Shown here: positions 9,056 to 17,106 of the stretch, piece after piece
Position numbering within the stretch: the first letter of the stretch is position 1
Layout of the letters: every line of letters starts with the position of its first letter
Source of the DNA: Minisyncoccia bacterium
GTDB lineage: Bacteria; Patescibacteriota; Minisyncoccia; UBA6257; 2-01-FULL-56-20
DNA length: 55,669 nucleotides
Reading direction: 5' to 3'
Assembly: GCA_050015515.1 (NCBI GenBank)
Contig: JBEKBG010000004.1
Coordinates: forward strand, 1-55,669
Translations under genes and position numbers: made by a program
The notes under the pieces: model-generated
Databases searched by the model: none
Seen by the model: only the letters and a program-made list of their open reading frames with translations
What the model was told of the DNA's origin: nothing

Positions 9056-9218
9056 TGAAAGAAAGCCTGTAGCGCAGTGTAGTAAAGGATAGGTAGGCAA
9101 AGGTCGCAAACCAATCACCATAAAATATATGCATCGCCACGGGGCGAGATAAATAAAAAGAAAAATAGAAATCATGCATAAATAGAGCAAACCCTCCCTC
9201 GCTTTCGACCCGAGTGGA

Positions 9219-9338
9219 GGGTTGCTGTTTCTCGCATGCCTTTTCGGGGACGGGTCGCGGCCTGCTAGCCGCGCCCTAACGCTCGGCACCTTCGTGCCTC
9301 CGCGATTCCCCTCAAAGGCATACGATAAGCAGCAACCC
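9219..9338 (+). repeat. Branched palindromic element, family member E (core 9250-9307)
   Basis: Outer arms 9236-9249 / 9308-9321 enclose two inner hairpins, CGCGGC-ctgcta-GCCGCG and GGCAC-cttc-GTGCC. Alignable with the elements at 29998-30108 and 51086-51256. Confidence 0.6.
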
Positions 9339-9374
9339 CGGGATTAAGGGTGCGAATCCATTCTGGCGCATAAA

Positions 9375-9408
9375 ATAAAAAAGCCTCATGCCGGGGCACA
9401 AGGCTTTT
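9375..9408. terminator. Bidirectional intrinsic terminator
   Basis: Hairpin AAGCCT...AGGCTT (9381-9406) flanked by an A-run and a T-run. Lies just downstream of the minus-strand gene ending at 9431. Confidence 0.65.
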
Positions 9409-9430
9409 GCTTTCAAGATGATCTTGCGGC

Positions 9431-9721
9431 TCAAACTTTATTCTTCGTGAGGGTGACAATGCATTGCCATACAAAGAAGGAACCAGTGATCACGGCCAGC
9501 GCGTAGCCTATTGGTTGTAAATAAGGGAACATCCAGAACCCCCAGGTTCCCGCAACGGCCGTGATAACGTATGCCGTCATCTTATAGCCCAAGGGATCCG
9601 CTGCGGCTACCGTGACGATGGCGACTATGCCGACGAGGGCTATTACCCAATTACTCCAGAATGCGGCAATAATCCCGACAAACTGGAGAGCGAACATGAA
9701 CAATATGATCTTCTTTGCCAT
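9431..9721 (-). CDS. Small multi-pass membrane protein
   Basis: ORF 9431-9781. The ATG at 9721 is preceded by GGAGG at 7 nt. The resulting 96 aa are almost entirely hydrophobic. Confidence 0.6.
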   Translation of the reverse strand: MAKKIILFMFALQFVGIIAAFWSNWVIALVGIVAIVTVAAADPLGYKMTAYVITAVAGTWGFWMFPYLQPIGYALAVITGSFFVWQCIVTLTKNKV

Positions 9722-9823
9722 ACCACACCTCCAAAGAACCGCTCCAGGGTTTACTCTAGAATTATTTATATAATCCGTCAATTTAATGGCTATTATGGCA
9801 TTTACGTGGTACTGTTAGCGCAT

Positions 9824-11290
9824 ATGGAATCATCTTCGCATTCAAGTCAAGGGTTTTATGGGTTGGGCATCGCCCCGAATATTTTGAATATCATCGATAA
9901 GCTGGGGTTCACGACGCCGACGCCTATTCAGATGAAAGCGATCCCGCCAGGGATCGAGGGAAAGGACGTGATGGGGCTCGCGCAAACCGGCACGGGGAAG
10001 ACGCTGGCGTTTGGTATTCCTTTGATTCAGGCGGCGTTAGCTGGGAAACACGGGCTTATCATCCTTCCGACGCGGGAACTGGCTCTGCAGGTGCAGGAGA
10101 CGATAAATAAGGTGGGCGGACCTCTTGGCATCCGCACGGCGCTCTTGGTGGGCGGAGAATCGAATTATAGGCAAGTACAGGCCATCCACCGATTGCCACA
10201 GATCATCATCGGCACGCCGGGCCGGATCATGGACCACATGCAGCAGAAAGTATTGAATTTGAATAAAACGAACATGCTGGTGCTTGACGAGGCGGACCGT
10301 ATGCTCGACATGGGATTCGCGCCGCAGCTCAAGCGGATCATGGTGGGCGTTCCGCACGAGCGGCAGACGATGCTTTTTTCCGCCACGATGCCGCAGAGCA
10401 TTCTTTCTTTGGCGCAATCGTATATGAAGCTGCCTTTGCGTATCGAGATCGCGCCGTCGGGCACCACGATCGAGAAGATCACGCAGGAATTGTATTTCAT
10501 CTCAAAGCCGGACAAGTCGCGCCTGCTTGAAAAATTGTTGTACGAGTATCGCGGCTCGGTGCTCGTCTTCTCGCGCACCAAGCATGGCGCAAAGAAGATC
10601 GCCGCGTCGGTGCGCGCGCTCGGCCACACCGCAGCCGAACTCCACGCCAACCGCTCGCTCAGCCAGCGCCGCGAAGCGCTCGATGGATTCAAAAACGGCA
10701 AGTATCGCGTGCTCGTGGCAACGGACATCGCCGCGCGCGGCATTGATGTAAAAGGCATCGAGCTCGTCATCAATTACGATCTTCCGAACAACGCCGAGGA
10801 TTACGTGCATCGCATCGGTCGCACCGGACGCGCCGGCGCCGCGGGCCATGCGATTTCCTTTGCTACGCCGGATCAACGCGGCGACATCTACGGCATCGAA
10901 CGTCTCATGCGCACGAAGTTGCCGTTGTCCAAGACTCCGGAGTTGCCGCCGGCGCGCGCCGAGCAATACATTCCGCGCGAGCCGTTCACGCCGTATCATG
11001 GACGAGGGGGAACACGGCCGGCATATAGTGGCGGTGCTTCATCTTCGCGCCGTCCGGCGTTCAATCGACCTGCATATGGCAGTAGTAAGCCATCGTATGG
11101 CGGTGCTTCACGCCCGGCATTTGGGGGTCCTCGTCCGGCGGGAGCTTCACATTCCGCCTACTCTTCGCGCCCGGCATCGTCCGGATCTGGCGCCGCCGCC
11201 CGGCGTCCTTTTCATAAGCCAGGCGGTTTTGGCGGTTCGCGCCGCCCACGATCTGGTTCGTCCAGCACAAGCCGTTATTTACGGAGGTAA
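9824..11290 (+). CDS. DEAD-box ATP-dependent RNA helicase with an Arg/Ser/Gly/Pro-rich C-terminal tail
   Basis: Motifs AQTGTGKT, DEAD, SAT and HRIGRTGR. The ATG at 9824 is preferred over the GTG at 9806. The last ~100 aa are low-complexity repeats of RPA(F/Y)...GG. Confidence 0.9.
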   Translation: MESSSHSSQGFYGLGIAPNILNIIDKLGFTTPTPIQMKAIPPGIEGKDVMGLAQTGTGKTLAFGIPLIQAALAGKHGLIILPTRELALQVQETINKVGGPLGIRTALLVGGESNYRQVQAIHRLPQIIIGTPGRIMDHMQQKVLNLNKTNMLVLDEADRMLDMGFAPQLKRIMVGVPHERQTMLFSATMPQSILSLAQSYMKLPLRIEIAPSGTTIEKITQELYFISKPDKSRLLEKLLYEYRGSVLVFSRTKHGAKKIAASVRALGHTAAELHANRSLSQRREALDGFKNGKYRVLVATDIAARGIDVKGIELVINYDLPNNAEDYVHRIGRTGRAGAAGHAISFATPDQRGDIYGIERLMRTKLPLSKTPELPPARAEQYIPREPFTPYHGRGGTRPAYSGGASSSRRPAFNRPAYGSSKPSYGGASRPAFGGPRPAGASHSAYSSRPASSGSGAAARRPFHKPGGFGGSRRPRSGSSSTSRYLRR

Positions 11291-11517
11291 AAGGAATTTC
11301 GTAATTATTTACGTGACCTTGATGTAGTAGTAGTGGAGTCGGCTGCATTATGAAACCTCGCAATAAAAAAATTATCTGGTTAGTGGTGTTTGCAAAACCG
11401 CGTCGGGCGATACGATTACGATCGTTCTGATCAACGGCAAGTGGTATCTTCAGGGCGACGGGCCGGGCGTGTGGTAGTGGCAGGGGATAAAGCTGCGCAA
11501 AAAAATTGCCTACTCCA

Positions 11518-12156
11518 CTACGTCGCCTCCGTCATTTTATAATCCTCCGCAAAGAAATACTGTGACATCTTGAAGATGCCGTAGGTCATGTACGGCGCCG
11601 CGAGCACATCCATCGTGTAATGGATGTGGGCAAAGAGCACGGCGATGCCGAATACGATGGAAAGAACGATATACGCGTATCGCCAGAATTTTTTATTCCA
11701 AAGGATGAGTGCCATAAGGAGCGGCAATCCGGCGTGTCCGGAGAAGAAGAATCCCGCTTCCAATCCGAGGCCGGTATAGATGCGGTCAAAAAATCCGACG
11801 TCGGGATTGATCTGTCCAGGATAGATGCCGATGTGCGTCACGGCGATAAACATCGCGCGCGTGGCGATGAAGATCGCTCCGGCCTTCAGGGTGAATAAAA
11901 GATATTGCGGTTTTGCGAGAATGAGAATGACGCTGAGAGCAATGGCGGCAAGCGCGCCCTCGACAATAAGGAAGTTGAGATTGACGACAGGGAGGATGCC
12001 GAGAAAAAGATCGACCGCCGGATTGCCGGGGGTGCGATCCACATAAGCCGATGCATAAAATTGAAACACGGTGGCGAGCGCGAGGAGGATGAGGGCGTTC
12101 ACAAGCGATCGGACGTGCTCGCGGGTCCAGAAGCCCTTATAGTTGAAGTATTTCAT
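11518..12156 (-). CDS. PAP2_C-like integral membrane protein
   Basis: 212 aa with 5-6 TM segments. FFSGHAG...HIHYTMDV resembles the SGH / HxxYTxD motifs of the PAP2 C-terminal (sphingomyelin-synthase-like) family. Confidence 0.5.
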   Translation of the reverse strand: MKYFNYKGFWTREHVRSLVNALILLALATVFQFYASAYVDRTPGNPAVDLFLGILPVVNLNFLIVEGALAAIALSVILILAKPQYLLFTLKAGAIFIATRAMFIAVTHIGIYPGQINPDVGFFDRIYTGLGLEAGFFFSGHAGLPLLMALILWNKKFWRYAYIVLSIVFGIAVLFAHIHYTMDVLAAPYMTYGIFKMSQYFFAEDYKMTEAT

Positions 12157-12232
12157 GGGGGATTGGGACGGGATTTCCCATTATTCTAGCATTTTTTGGG
12201 CGTCTTTGGGGCGTCCCGGCATATTGTCAAGG

Positions 12233-12280
12233 TTGTCCACAGTTACGCTTGACAGTATAATTTAAAGGATTAAACTTTAA
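12233..12280 (+). promoter_or_regulatory. Candidate promoter plus palindromic operator of the LexA-like gene
   Basis: TTGTCC (12233-12238), 17-nt spacer, TATAAT (12256-12261). Then TTAAAG-N7-CTTTAA (12262-12280), ending 2 nt before the ATG. Confidence 0.4.
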
Positions 12281-12282
12281 CT

Positions 12283-12945
12283 ATGCATACCATACAACAA
12301 AAATTATTAGCGCTGGCGGAAAAGAAAAACTTGGGTAATTACACCCTGCGGGAGATCGGAGGGTTTGTGGGCGAGACGTCGCCGCAGAAGATAAAACATC
12401 ACCTTCAGCAACTCACAAAGCACGGATTCATCACCATCAATAAAATGGAACACACAATAACAACCATGAAGCAGCAGGGCGCGACGGTAAGCGGGATATT
12501 AAAAAATGCTAAACTTTTATCCATCCCGATCCTTGGCGCGGCGAACGCCGGGCCGGCCATGGTCTTTGCCAATTCCAACATTGAAGGCTATCTTCGCGTG
12601 TCGAGCTCGCTCGTGCCGCGCCAGCGGTCAGCGCATCGCTTGTTCGCGCTCAAAGTGGATGGCCCATCCATGAATATGGCGTACGTTGGTGGCAAAAAGA
12701 TCGACGACGGCGATTACGTCATCATCGACAGCGAGGACCGCGAGGCGGCGAACGACGACATCGTGCTTTCCGTCATCGAAGGCATGGCCAACATCAAAAA
12801 GTATTATGTAGATAAGGAGAATAATCAGATTCTTCTCATGTCCGAATCCACGCACGATTTTCCCGCGATTCATATCCACGAGAATGATGAGTTCGCGATC
12901 AACGGAAAAGTGATTGGGGTGATCAAGACACCGAAGAAGAAATAA
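12283..12945 (+). CDS. LexA-like repressor (N-terminal wHTH plus S24 peptidase domain)
   Basis: 220 aa. KVDGPSMN serine motif and a C-terminal S24 fold pattern (IVLSVIEGMANIKKY). Confidence 0.75.
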   Translation: MHTIQQKLLALAEKKNLGNYTLREIGGFVGETSPQKIKHHLQQLTKHGFITINKMEHTITTMKQQGATVSGILKNAKLLSIPILGAANAGPAMVFANSNIEGYLRVSSSLVPRQRSAHRLFALKVDGPSMNMAYVGGKKIDDGDYVIIDSEDREAANDDIVLSVIEGMANIKKYYVDKENNQILLMSESTHDFPAIHIHENDEFAINGKVIGVIKTPKKK

Positions 12946-13010
12946 ACCTACTGCTGTTTCGCTCCGACGTAAGAACGTCCACTCGCTCAACCGCAATAGG
13001 TTTATTTCTT
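12937..13010. repeat. 14-bp inverted repeat overlapping the LexA-like stop codon, with an internal GACGT-AAGA-ACGTC mini-hairpin
   Basis: Arms 12937-12950 / 12997-13010. The apical mini-hairpin at 12966-12979 is near-identical to the one inside the 3348-3426 hairpin. Confidence 0.6.
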
Positions 13011-13106
13011 TAGGGAGTTGGGATATTTGAATGCAGGGCTGGGTGCGCAGGCAGGTAGACAAAATAATTTTGGTGTGGTATTCTTACCCGAAGAAAGGAG
13101 TTTGCG

Positions 13107-13451
13107 ATGGCAACGGCAAGCATTTTATTCATCGGCAAACCGGAGATGCTCGGCGGTCTGTCGAATGAGGAACAGCTGGTCAAGGAATGTCCACCCGAGT
13201 TTCATAAGGATAATCCTTGGTCGAATTATGCGAGTGAGCTTTTTTTCAAAGGAGGCAAGATCGCCAACTGGAAATGGAAGTCTGATGATCCGACGGAGCG
13301 GCGGCGGCAAATGAACTGTTTTGACGGACTTCTCGGCACCTTCGGCATCGGGCACAACGAGAAGGAGTCTGTTGCGGGCTGGATGCTTTCGGAAATGCTC
13401 GCCGAAGTTCCCGAGTACGTCCCGCCCGAAAAAAATGACCCAGCGAGATAA
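13107..13451 (+). CDS. Hypothetical protein
   Basis: 114 aa. AAAGGAG RBS 7 nt upstream and a terminator downstream. No family recognised. Confidence 0.6.
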   Translation: MATASILFIGKPEMLGGLSNEEQLVKECPPEFHKDNPWSNYASELFFKGGKIANWKWKSDDPTERRRQMNCFDGLLGTFGIGHNEKESVAGWMLSEMLAEVPEYVPPEKNDPAR

Positions 13452-13485
13452 GATCAGGTGCAGGCCTCGTGGGCACTAACACAAT

Positions 13486-13515
13486 AAGAGTCCCTTAAAC
13501 AAGGACTCTTTTTTA
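13486..13515 (+). terminator. Intrinsic terminator
   Basis: AAGAGTCC/GGACTCTT stem followed by a T-run. Confidence 0.75.
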
Positions 13516-13574
13516 TTAAAATTATTTGAAGTCAGTTATTCCGGTGCAGGGATTAAAAAATCATTAAAAACTTT

Positions 13575-13690
13575 TTGACTTTGGAAAAGAGAGGAGTACT
13601 ATAGTTTATGAAGACAGCGATCCGCTGAAAACGGACTCAATCTGCTTGGCGTATAAATGACCACCTATCAGTGGTCATTTATATTTTCAT
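13575..13690 (+). ncRNA. Candidate small transcript (promoter-to-terminator unit, ~80 nt), unknown function
   Basis: TTGACT (13575-13580), 16-nt spacer, TACTAT. The hairpin AAATGACCAC/GTGGTCATTT (13655-13680) with a T-rich tail follows. Only a 6-codon ORF lies inside. Confidence 0.3.
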
Positions 13691-13698
13691 ACCGTATT

Positions 13699-13716
13699 TT
13701 TTAAATAGTTTTAATG
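13699..13716 (+). promoter_or_regulatory. 18-nt motif TTTTAAATAGTTTTAATG (site 1 of 5)
   Basis: Exact motif. An extended -10-like TGtTATGGT follows, with the TG 10 nt downstream of the motif. Confidence 0.45.
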
Positions 13717-13837
13717 CCCTCTATGTTATGGTGCTTTTGCCTGCGGATGATGGGCCCGTCTTCTGTATAGTAGGATGCTGTCTTTGCCAAGCGGCGAACC
13801 GGGCGCACTATAAGTTTTTTGGCGGCGGATTCACAAA

Positions 13838-13872
13838 TAAAAAAAACCGGGCATCCTCATGTGAGGATGCCC
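13838..13872 (-). terminator. Intrinsic terminator of the 13881-14048 gene
   Basis: 11-bp stem GGGCATCCTCA/TGAGGATGCCC, followed on the minus strand by T8. Confidence 0.8.
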
Positions 13873-13880
13873 GTTGCGCG

Positions 13881-14048
13881 TCATTGGACCATGACGTGCA
13901 TGTCTGCCGGGCTGGCGGGCAATGCGTTCAGCATCGCCGTGGCCTTTCCGAAAAGAGCAAGCAGGAAGCCGACGAACGCGTTCAGTACCGTAGGCAGAAA
14001 GATGCCGAGTACGATGATCAGCGCTGCCAGGCCAATGGCTCTTCGCAT
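13881..14048 (-). CDS. Small membrane protein
   Basis: ORF 13881-14066. The ATG at 14048 gives 55 aa (MRRAIGLAALIIVLGIF...). A strong terminator lies immediately downstream. No clear RBS. Confidence 0.5.
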   Translation of the reverse strand: MRRAIGLAALIIVLGIFLPTVLNAFVGFLLALFGKATAMLNALPASPADMHVMVQ

Positions 14049-14287
14049 GATAGTGCGCGCAGGCAAGGAGAGTTAGTTGAACAGCTCGACTTGCTGCGCC
14101 GCACTTTGTGCGGCCATTCCTCCTGCGGAAAACTTCGCGTGGTGATCGTGCGAGGCTTGCCGCAGGAGGAAGAGATTGTGAAGGATCGTAACTATTATAT
14201 AGCATCATTGTGTATGGTCGTCAAATATGAGAACTTGATGGAAAGCGAAATAAATATTACAATAGGATCGATGTATTTGGAGGAAAA

Positions 14288-14425
14288 ATGTTGTTCGATT
14301 TAGTTCTTGCAGCTATTGTGATTTTTCTGGGGCTCATGACGCTTCCTAATAACCCCCAAAATAAATCGTCGGAGGCCGATAGCCTGAAATTGTCGGCATG
14401 GCGCAACGAGAAGTTGGCGGAGTAA
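14288..14425 (+). CDS. Small membrane protein (45 aa, not in ORF track)
   Basis: GGAGG 4 nt upstream of the ATG. Peptide MLFDLVLAAIVIFLGLMTLPNNPQ... has one TM helix. TAA at 14423-14425. Confidence 0.4.
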   Translation: MLFDLVLAAIVIFLGLMTLPNNPQNKSSEADSLKLSAWRNEKLAE

Positions 14426-14560
14426 TCCAAACCATCATCACCCGGGCCGTTCGGAGAGATTTTTTCTCCGTGCGGCCCATTTTTTGCCTTCGCATTCCAA
14501 ATGCGAATTACTTGCAAGTTCATTGACGGGCGCGGGCGTTGCTTCGTATACTGAACAGTA

Positions 14561-15490
14561 ATGAAAAGAACCACGTGGATCGGTATCGTTGTTGTCGTTG
14601 CGATTGTTATTGTCGGCGCGATGGCGGTGTATTTATTTGTTAGATCCGGCGGTGCGGGTCAGTCGGTGGGCAACGCGCCGGGCGGTGCCATCAGGATCGT
14701 CGTGGCGGAAGATTTTTACGGCAACATCGCGCAACAGCTGGGCGGCAACAAGGTATCGGTGACGAGCATCCTTTCGGATCCAAACGTCGATCCGCATGAG
14801 TACGAGTCCGACGTGCAGGACGGGATCGCGATCACGAACGCGAACATCGTCATCGAGAACGGGCTTCAATACGACACGTGGATGGATAAGCTGCTCGCCG
14901 CGTCGCCGAACGCGAATCGTATTGTGCTCACCGCGGGCACGATTGCGCCGGACCCGCTGCCAGAAAATCCGCACGTGTGGTACGGCATCGATAATATTTC
15001 CGCAATCGCGGGAGCTATCACGGACGCGCTCGTGAAGACCGATCCGGCGGATGCGGCGTTCTTCCAAAATAATTTAACAACTTTTAATGATTCCTTGGCG
15101 CCGATTACGGCAAAGATGAACGAGATCAAGGCACAGTATGCCGGCACGCCGGTTGGGCTGACGGAAACGATCTATCTCTATCAAACACAGCCGATCGGGC
15201 TCAATGTACTTACGCCGTTCACTTTTGAGAAAGCGATCGCGGAAGGTAACGACCCGTCGGCGCAGGACGTAAACACGACAGACCAACAGGTTGCCGGCAA
15301 AAAAATAAAAGTGTTGATCTATAACAGCCAGACGGTAACGCCGATCACGACGAATCTGCAGAACGCGGCGCAGGCGAACGGCATTCCGGTCGTGCCGGTT
15401 TCGGAAACGATGCCGCCGAGCGATACCTACCAGACGTGGATGATGAATGAGCTGAACGCGCTCGAAGCTGCACTTGCGCAAAGCCACTAA
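14561..15490 (+). CDS. Metal (Zn/Mn-type) ABC transporter substrate-binding protein, TroA/ZnuA family
   Basis: 309 aa. Signal anchor, DPHEYE and NPHVWY motifs. Followed by the cognate ATPase and permeases. Confidence 0.85.
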   Translation: MKRTTWIGIVVVVAIVIVGAMAVYLFVRSGGAGQSVGNAPGGAIRIVVAEDFYGNIAQQLGGNKVSVTSILSDPNVDPHEYESDVQDGIAITNANIVIENGLQYDTWMDKLLAASPNANRIVLTAGTIAPDPLPENPHVWYGIDNISAIAGAITDALVKTDPADAAFFQNNLTTFNDSLAPITAKMNEIKAQYAGTPVGLTETIYLYQTQPIGLNVLTPFTFEKAIAEGNDPSAQDVNTTDQQVAGKKIKVLIYNSQTVTPITTNLQNAAQANGIPVVPVSETMPPSDTYQTWMMNELNALEAALAQSH

Positions 15491-15515
15491 TGGTAAATTA
15501 GGGTAAAATATAACG

Positions 15516-16286
15516 ATGGATACGAACAAGGTAATTTCGCTTGACGGCGTCACGGTAGAATTAGGCGGCCGCGTGATATTCAACAACGTCAGCTTTGCCG
15601 TCGAAAAAGGGGAATTCGTGGCGGTGCTCGGGCCGAACGGCGCGGGGAAGACGACGCTCTTGAAATTATTATTGGGATTATTGAAGCCGACCAAGGGCGA
15701 CGTCCGCGTACTGGGCGCCGTGCCGCATCGTGGCGATGGCAATATCGGGTATGCGCCGCAACACCGCGTTTTGGAGACCGATCTCGCGCTTCGCGCGCGC
15801 GACGTGGTGGGGTTCGGATTGGATGGCAATAAATGGGGGATTGGATTTGGCAGTCGCAAGCGGGACGCGCTGATCGATGCGGCGCTCAAAGAAGTGGACG
15901 CCTATCGGTTTGCAAATGCGCCGATAGGGCACCTGTCCGGCGGCGAGCAACAGCGATTACTCATCGCACAGGCGCTCATCACCGATCCAAAAATATTATT
16001 GCTCGACGAGCCGCTGTCCAATCTGGACATCAATCACGCGCAGGAGATCATTGCTCTGCTGACGGAGATCGCAAAGCATCGAGGGGTGACGATCATGCTC
16101 GTGTCGCACGACATCAATCCGCTTCTGCCGGCGGCGAACCGCGTGCTCTACTTTGCGCGCGGGCACAGTGCGATGGGTACGCCGGATGAGGTCGTGACGA
16201 GTGCGACACTTTCCCGGCTCTACGACACCAAAGTAGAAGTGATACGGAGCGGCGGCCATGTCTTCGTGGTCGGCGCGGAAATATAA
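15516..16286 (+). CDS. Metal ABC transporter ATP-binding protein
   Basis: Walker A GPNGAGKTT, signature LSGGEQQR, Walker B LLLDEP. Confidence 0.9.
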   Translation: MDTNKVISLDGVTVELGGRVIFNNVSFAVEKGEFVAVLGPNGAGKTTLLKLLLGLLKPTKGDVRVLGAVPHRGDGNIGYAPQHRVLETDLALRARDVVGFGLDGNKWGIGFGSRKRDALIDAALKEVDAYRFANAPIGHLSGGEQQRLLIAQALITDPKILLLDEPLSNLDINHAQEIIALLTEIAKHRGVTIMLVSHDINPLLPAANRVLYFARGHSAMGTPDEVVTSATLSRLYDTKVEVIRSGGHVFVVGAEI

Positions 16287-17083
16287 TGTTTTCAATCTTC
16301 CAGTATTCATTTATTCAGAACGCATTCCTTGCCGGAACGGTGGTTGCGATCGTGGGCGGCTTCGTCGGCTATTTTTTGGTGACGCGCGGGCTTACGTTCG
16401 CCGGCGAGGCGCTGTCGCACATCGGCTTTGCGGGTGCCGCCGCGGCGTTGTTCGTGGGTATCGATCCCATCGTTGGCCTGCTGACCTTTACGATCATTGC
16501 CGGTATCGCCATAGGTATTTTTGGAAAGGACCTACGCGAGGAGGATATCAATATCGGCATCGTGATGACGCTCGCGCTCGGCCTCGGCGCGCTTTTTATT
16601 TCCTTGTATAACGGTTATGCGGAACAGGCGTACAGTATTTTATTCGGGACTATTTTAGGGATCAGCCATACCGATGTGCTCGTTACGCTGATCTTCGGCA
16701 TTGGCACGATCGCGATATTGGTGGCGATCTTTCGGCCGCTATTATTCAGTTCGGCGGATCCGGAAGTGGCGGAGGCACGTGGCGTACCCGTGCGTGCTCT
16801 CGGCATTTTATTTTTGGTACTCGTTGCCGTTGCCGTCTCTATGTCGGTGCAGGTGGTCGGCGTGCTTCTTATCTTTACCCTACTTGTCGGTCCCGCCGCC
16901 ACCGCCATTCGTCTCGTTCATAATCCGCTTGGCGCGGTATCAATATCTATCGCGCTTGCGCTCGCATACACATGGCTTGGAATATTTTTGGCGGCGACGG
17001 GTAGCTGGCCGGTGACATTTTACATTGCGACGATTTCGTTCCTGGTGTATCTTCCGGTGCGATTATTGACCGCGCGAACATAA
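16286..17083 (+). CDS. Metal ABC transporter permease (ABC-3 family)
   Basis: 265 aa, polytopic. Start overlaps the ATPase stop. Paralogous to the next gene. Confidence 0.85.
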   Translation: MFSIFQYSFIQNAFLAGTVVAIVGGFVGYFLVTRGLTFAGEALSHIGFAGAAAALFVGIDPIVGLLTFTIIAGIAIGIFGKDLREEDINIGIVMTLALGLGALFISLYNGYAEQAYSILFGTILGISHTDVLVTLIFGIGTIAILVAIFRPLLFSSADPEVAEARGVPVRALGILFLVLVAVAVSMSVQVVGVLLIFTLLVGPAATAIRLVHNPLGAVSISIALALAYTWLGIFLAATGSWPVTFYIATISFLVYLPVRLLTART

Positions 17084-17106
17084 ACTATTGCCACCCACGA
17101 ATATTC

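Noticed and set aside
9056-9360. Possible tmRNA. The minus strand reads GCGCCAGAAUGGAUUCGCACCC near 9340-9365, reminiscent of the tmRNA 5' GGAUUCGAC region.
   Set aside because: There is no GGUUCGA-type T arm, no complementary 3' acceptor strand with G3:U70 and ACCA, and no plausible tag reading frame ending in ALAA-like codons within the expected ~350 nt. The region is better explained as member E of the palindrome family plus a terminator.
10980-11290. The low-complexity RS/RG/P-rich tail of the DEAD-box helicase, considered as a separate gene or a repeat element.
   Set aside because: It is in frame and continuous with the helicase core. Basic disordered C-terminal tails are common in RhlE/DeaD-type helicases.
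11350-11479. Small ORF MKPRNKKIIWLVVFAKPRRAIRLRSF. A second frame reads ...KTASGDTITIVLINGKWYLQGDGPGVW, which could indicate a frameshifted secreted peptide.
   Set aside because: It is too short to evaluate and has no RBS. The frame junction in a GCAAAACC run is speculative. It may be a gene remnant.
13671-14303. 210-aa plus-strand ORF.
   Set aside because: It runs through a strong terminator hairpin (13849-13872), lies antisense to a better-supported small gene, lacks an RBS and is Cys/Arg-rich. It is likely a chance ORF.
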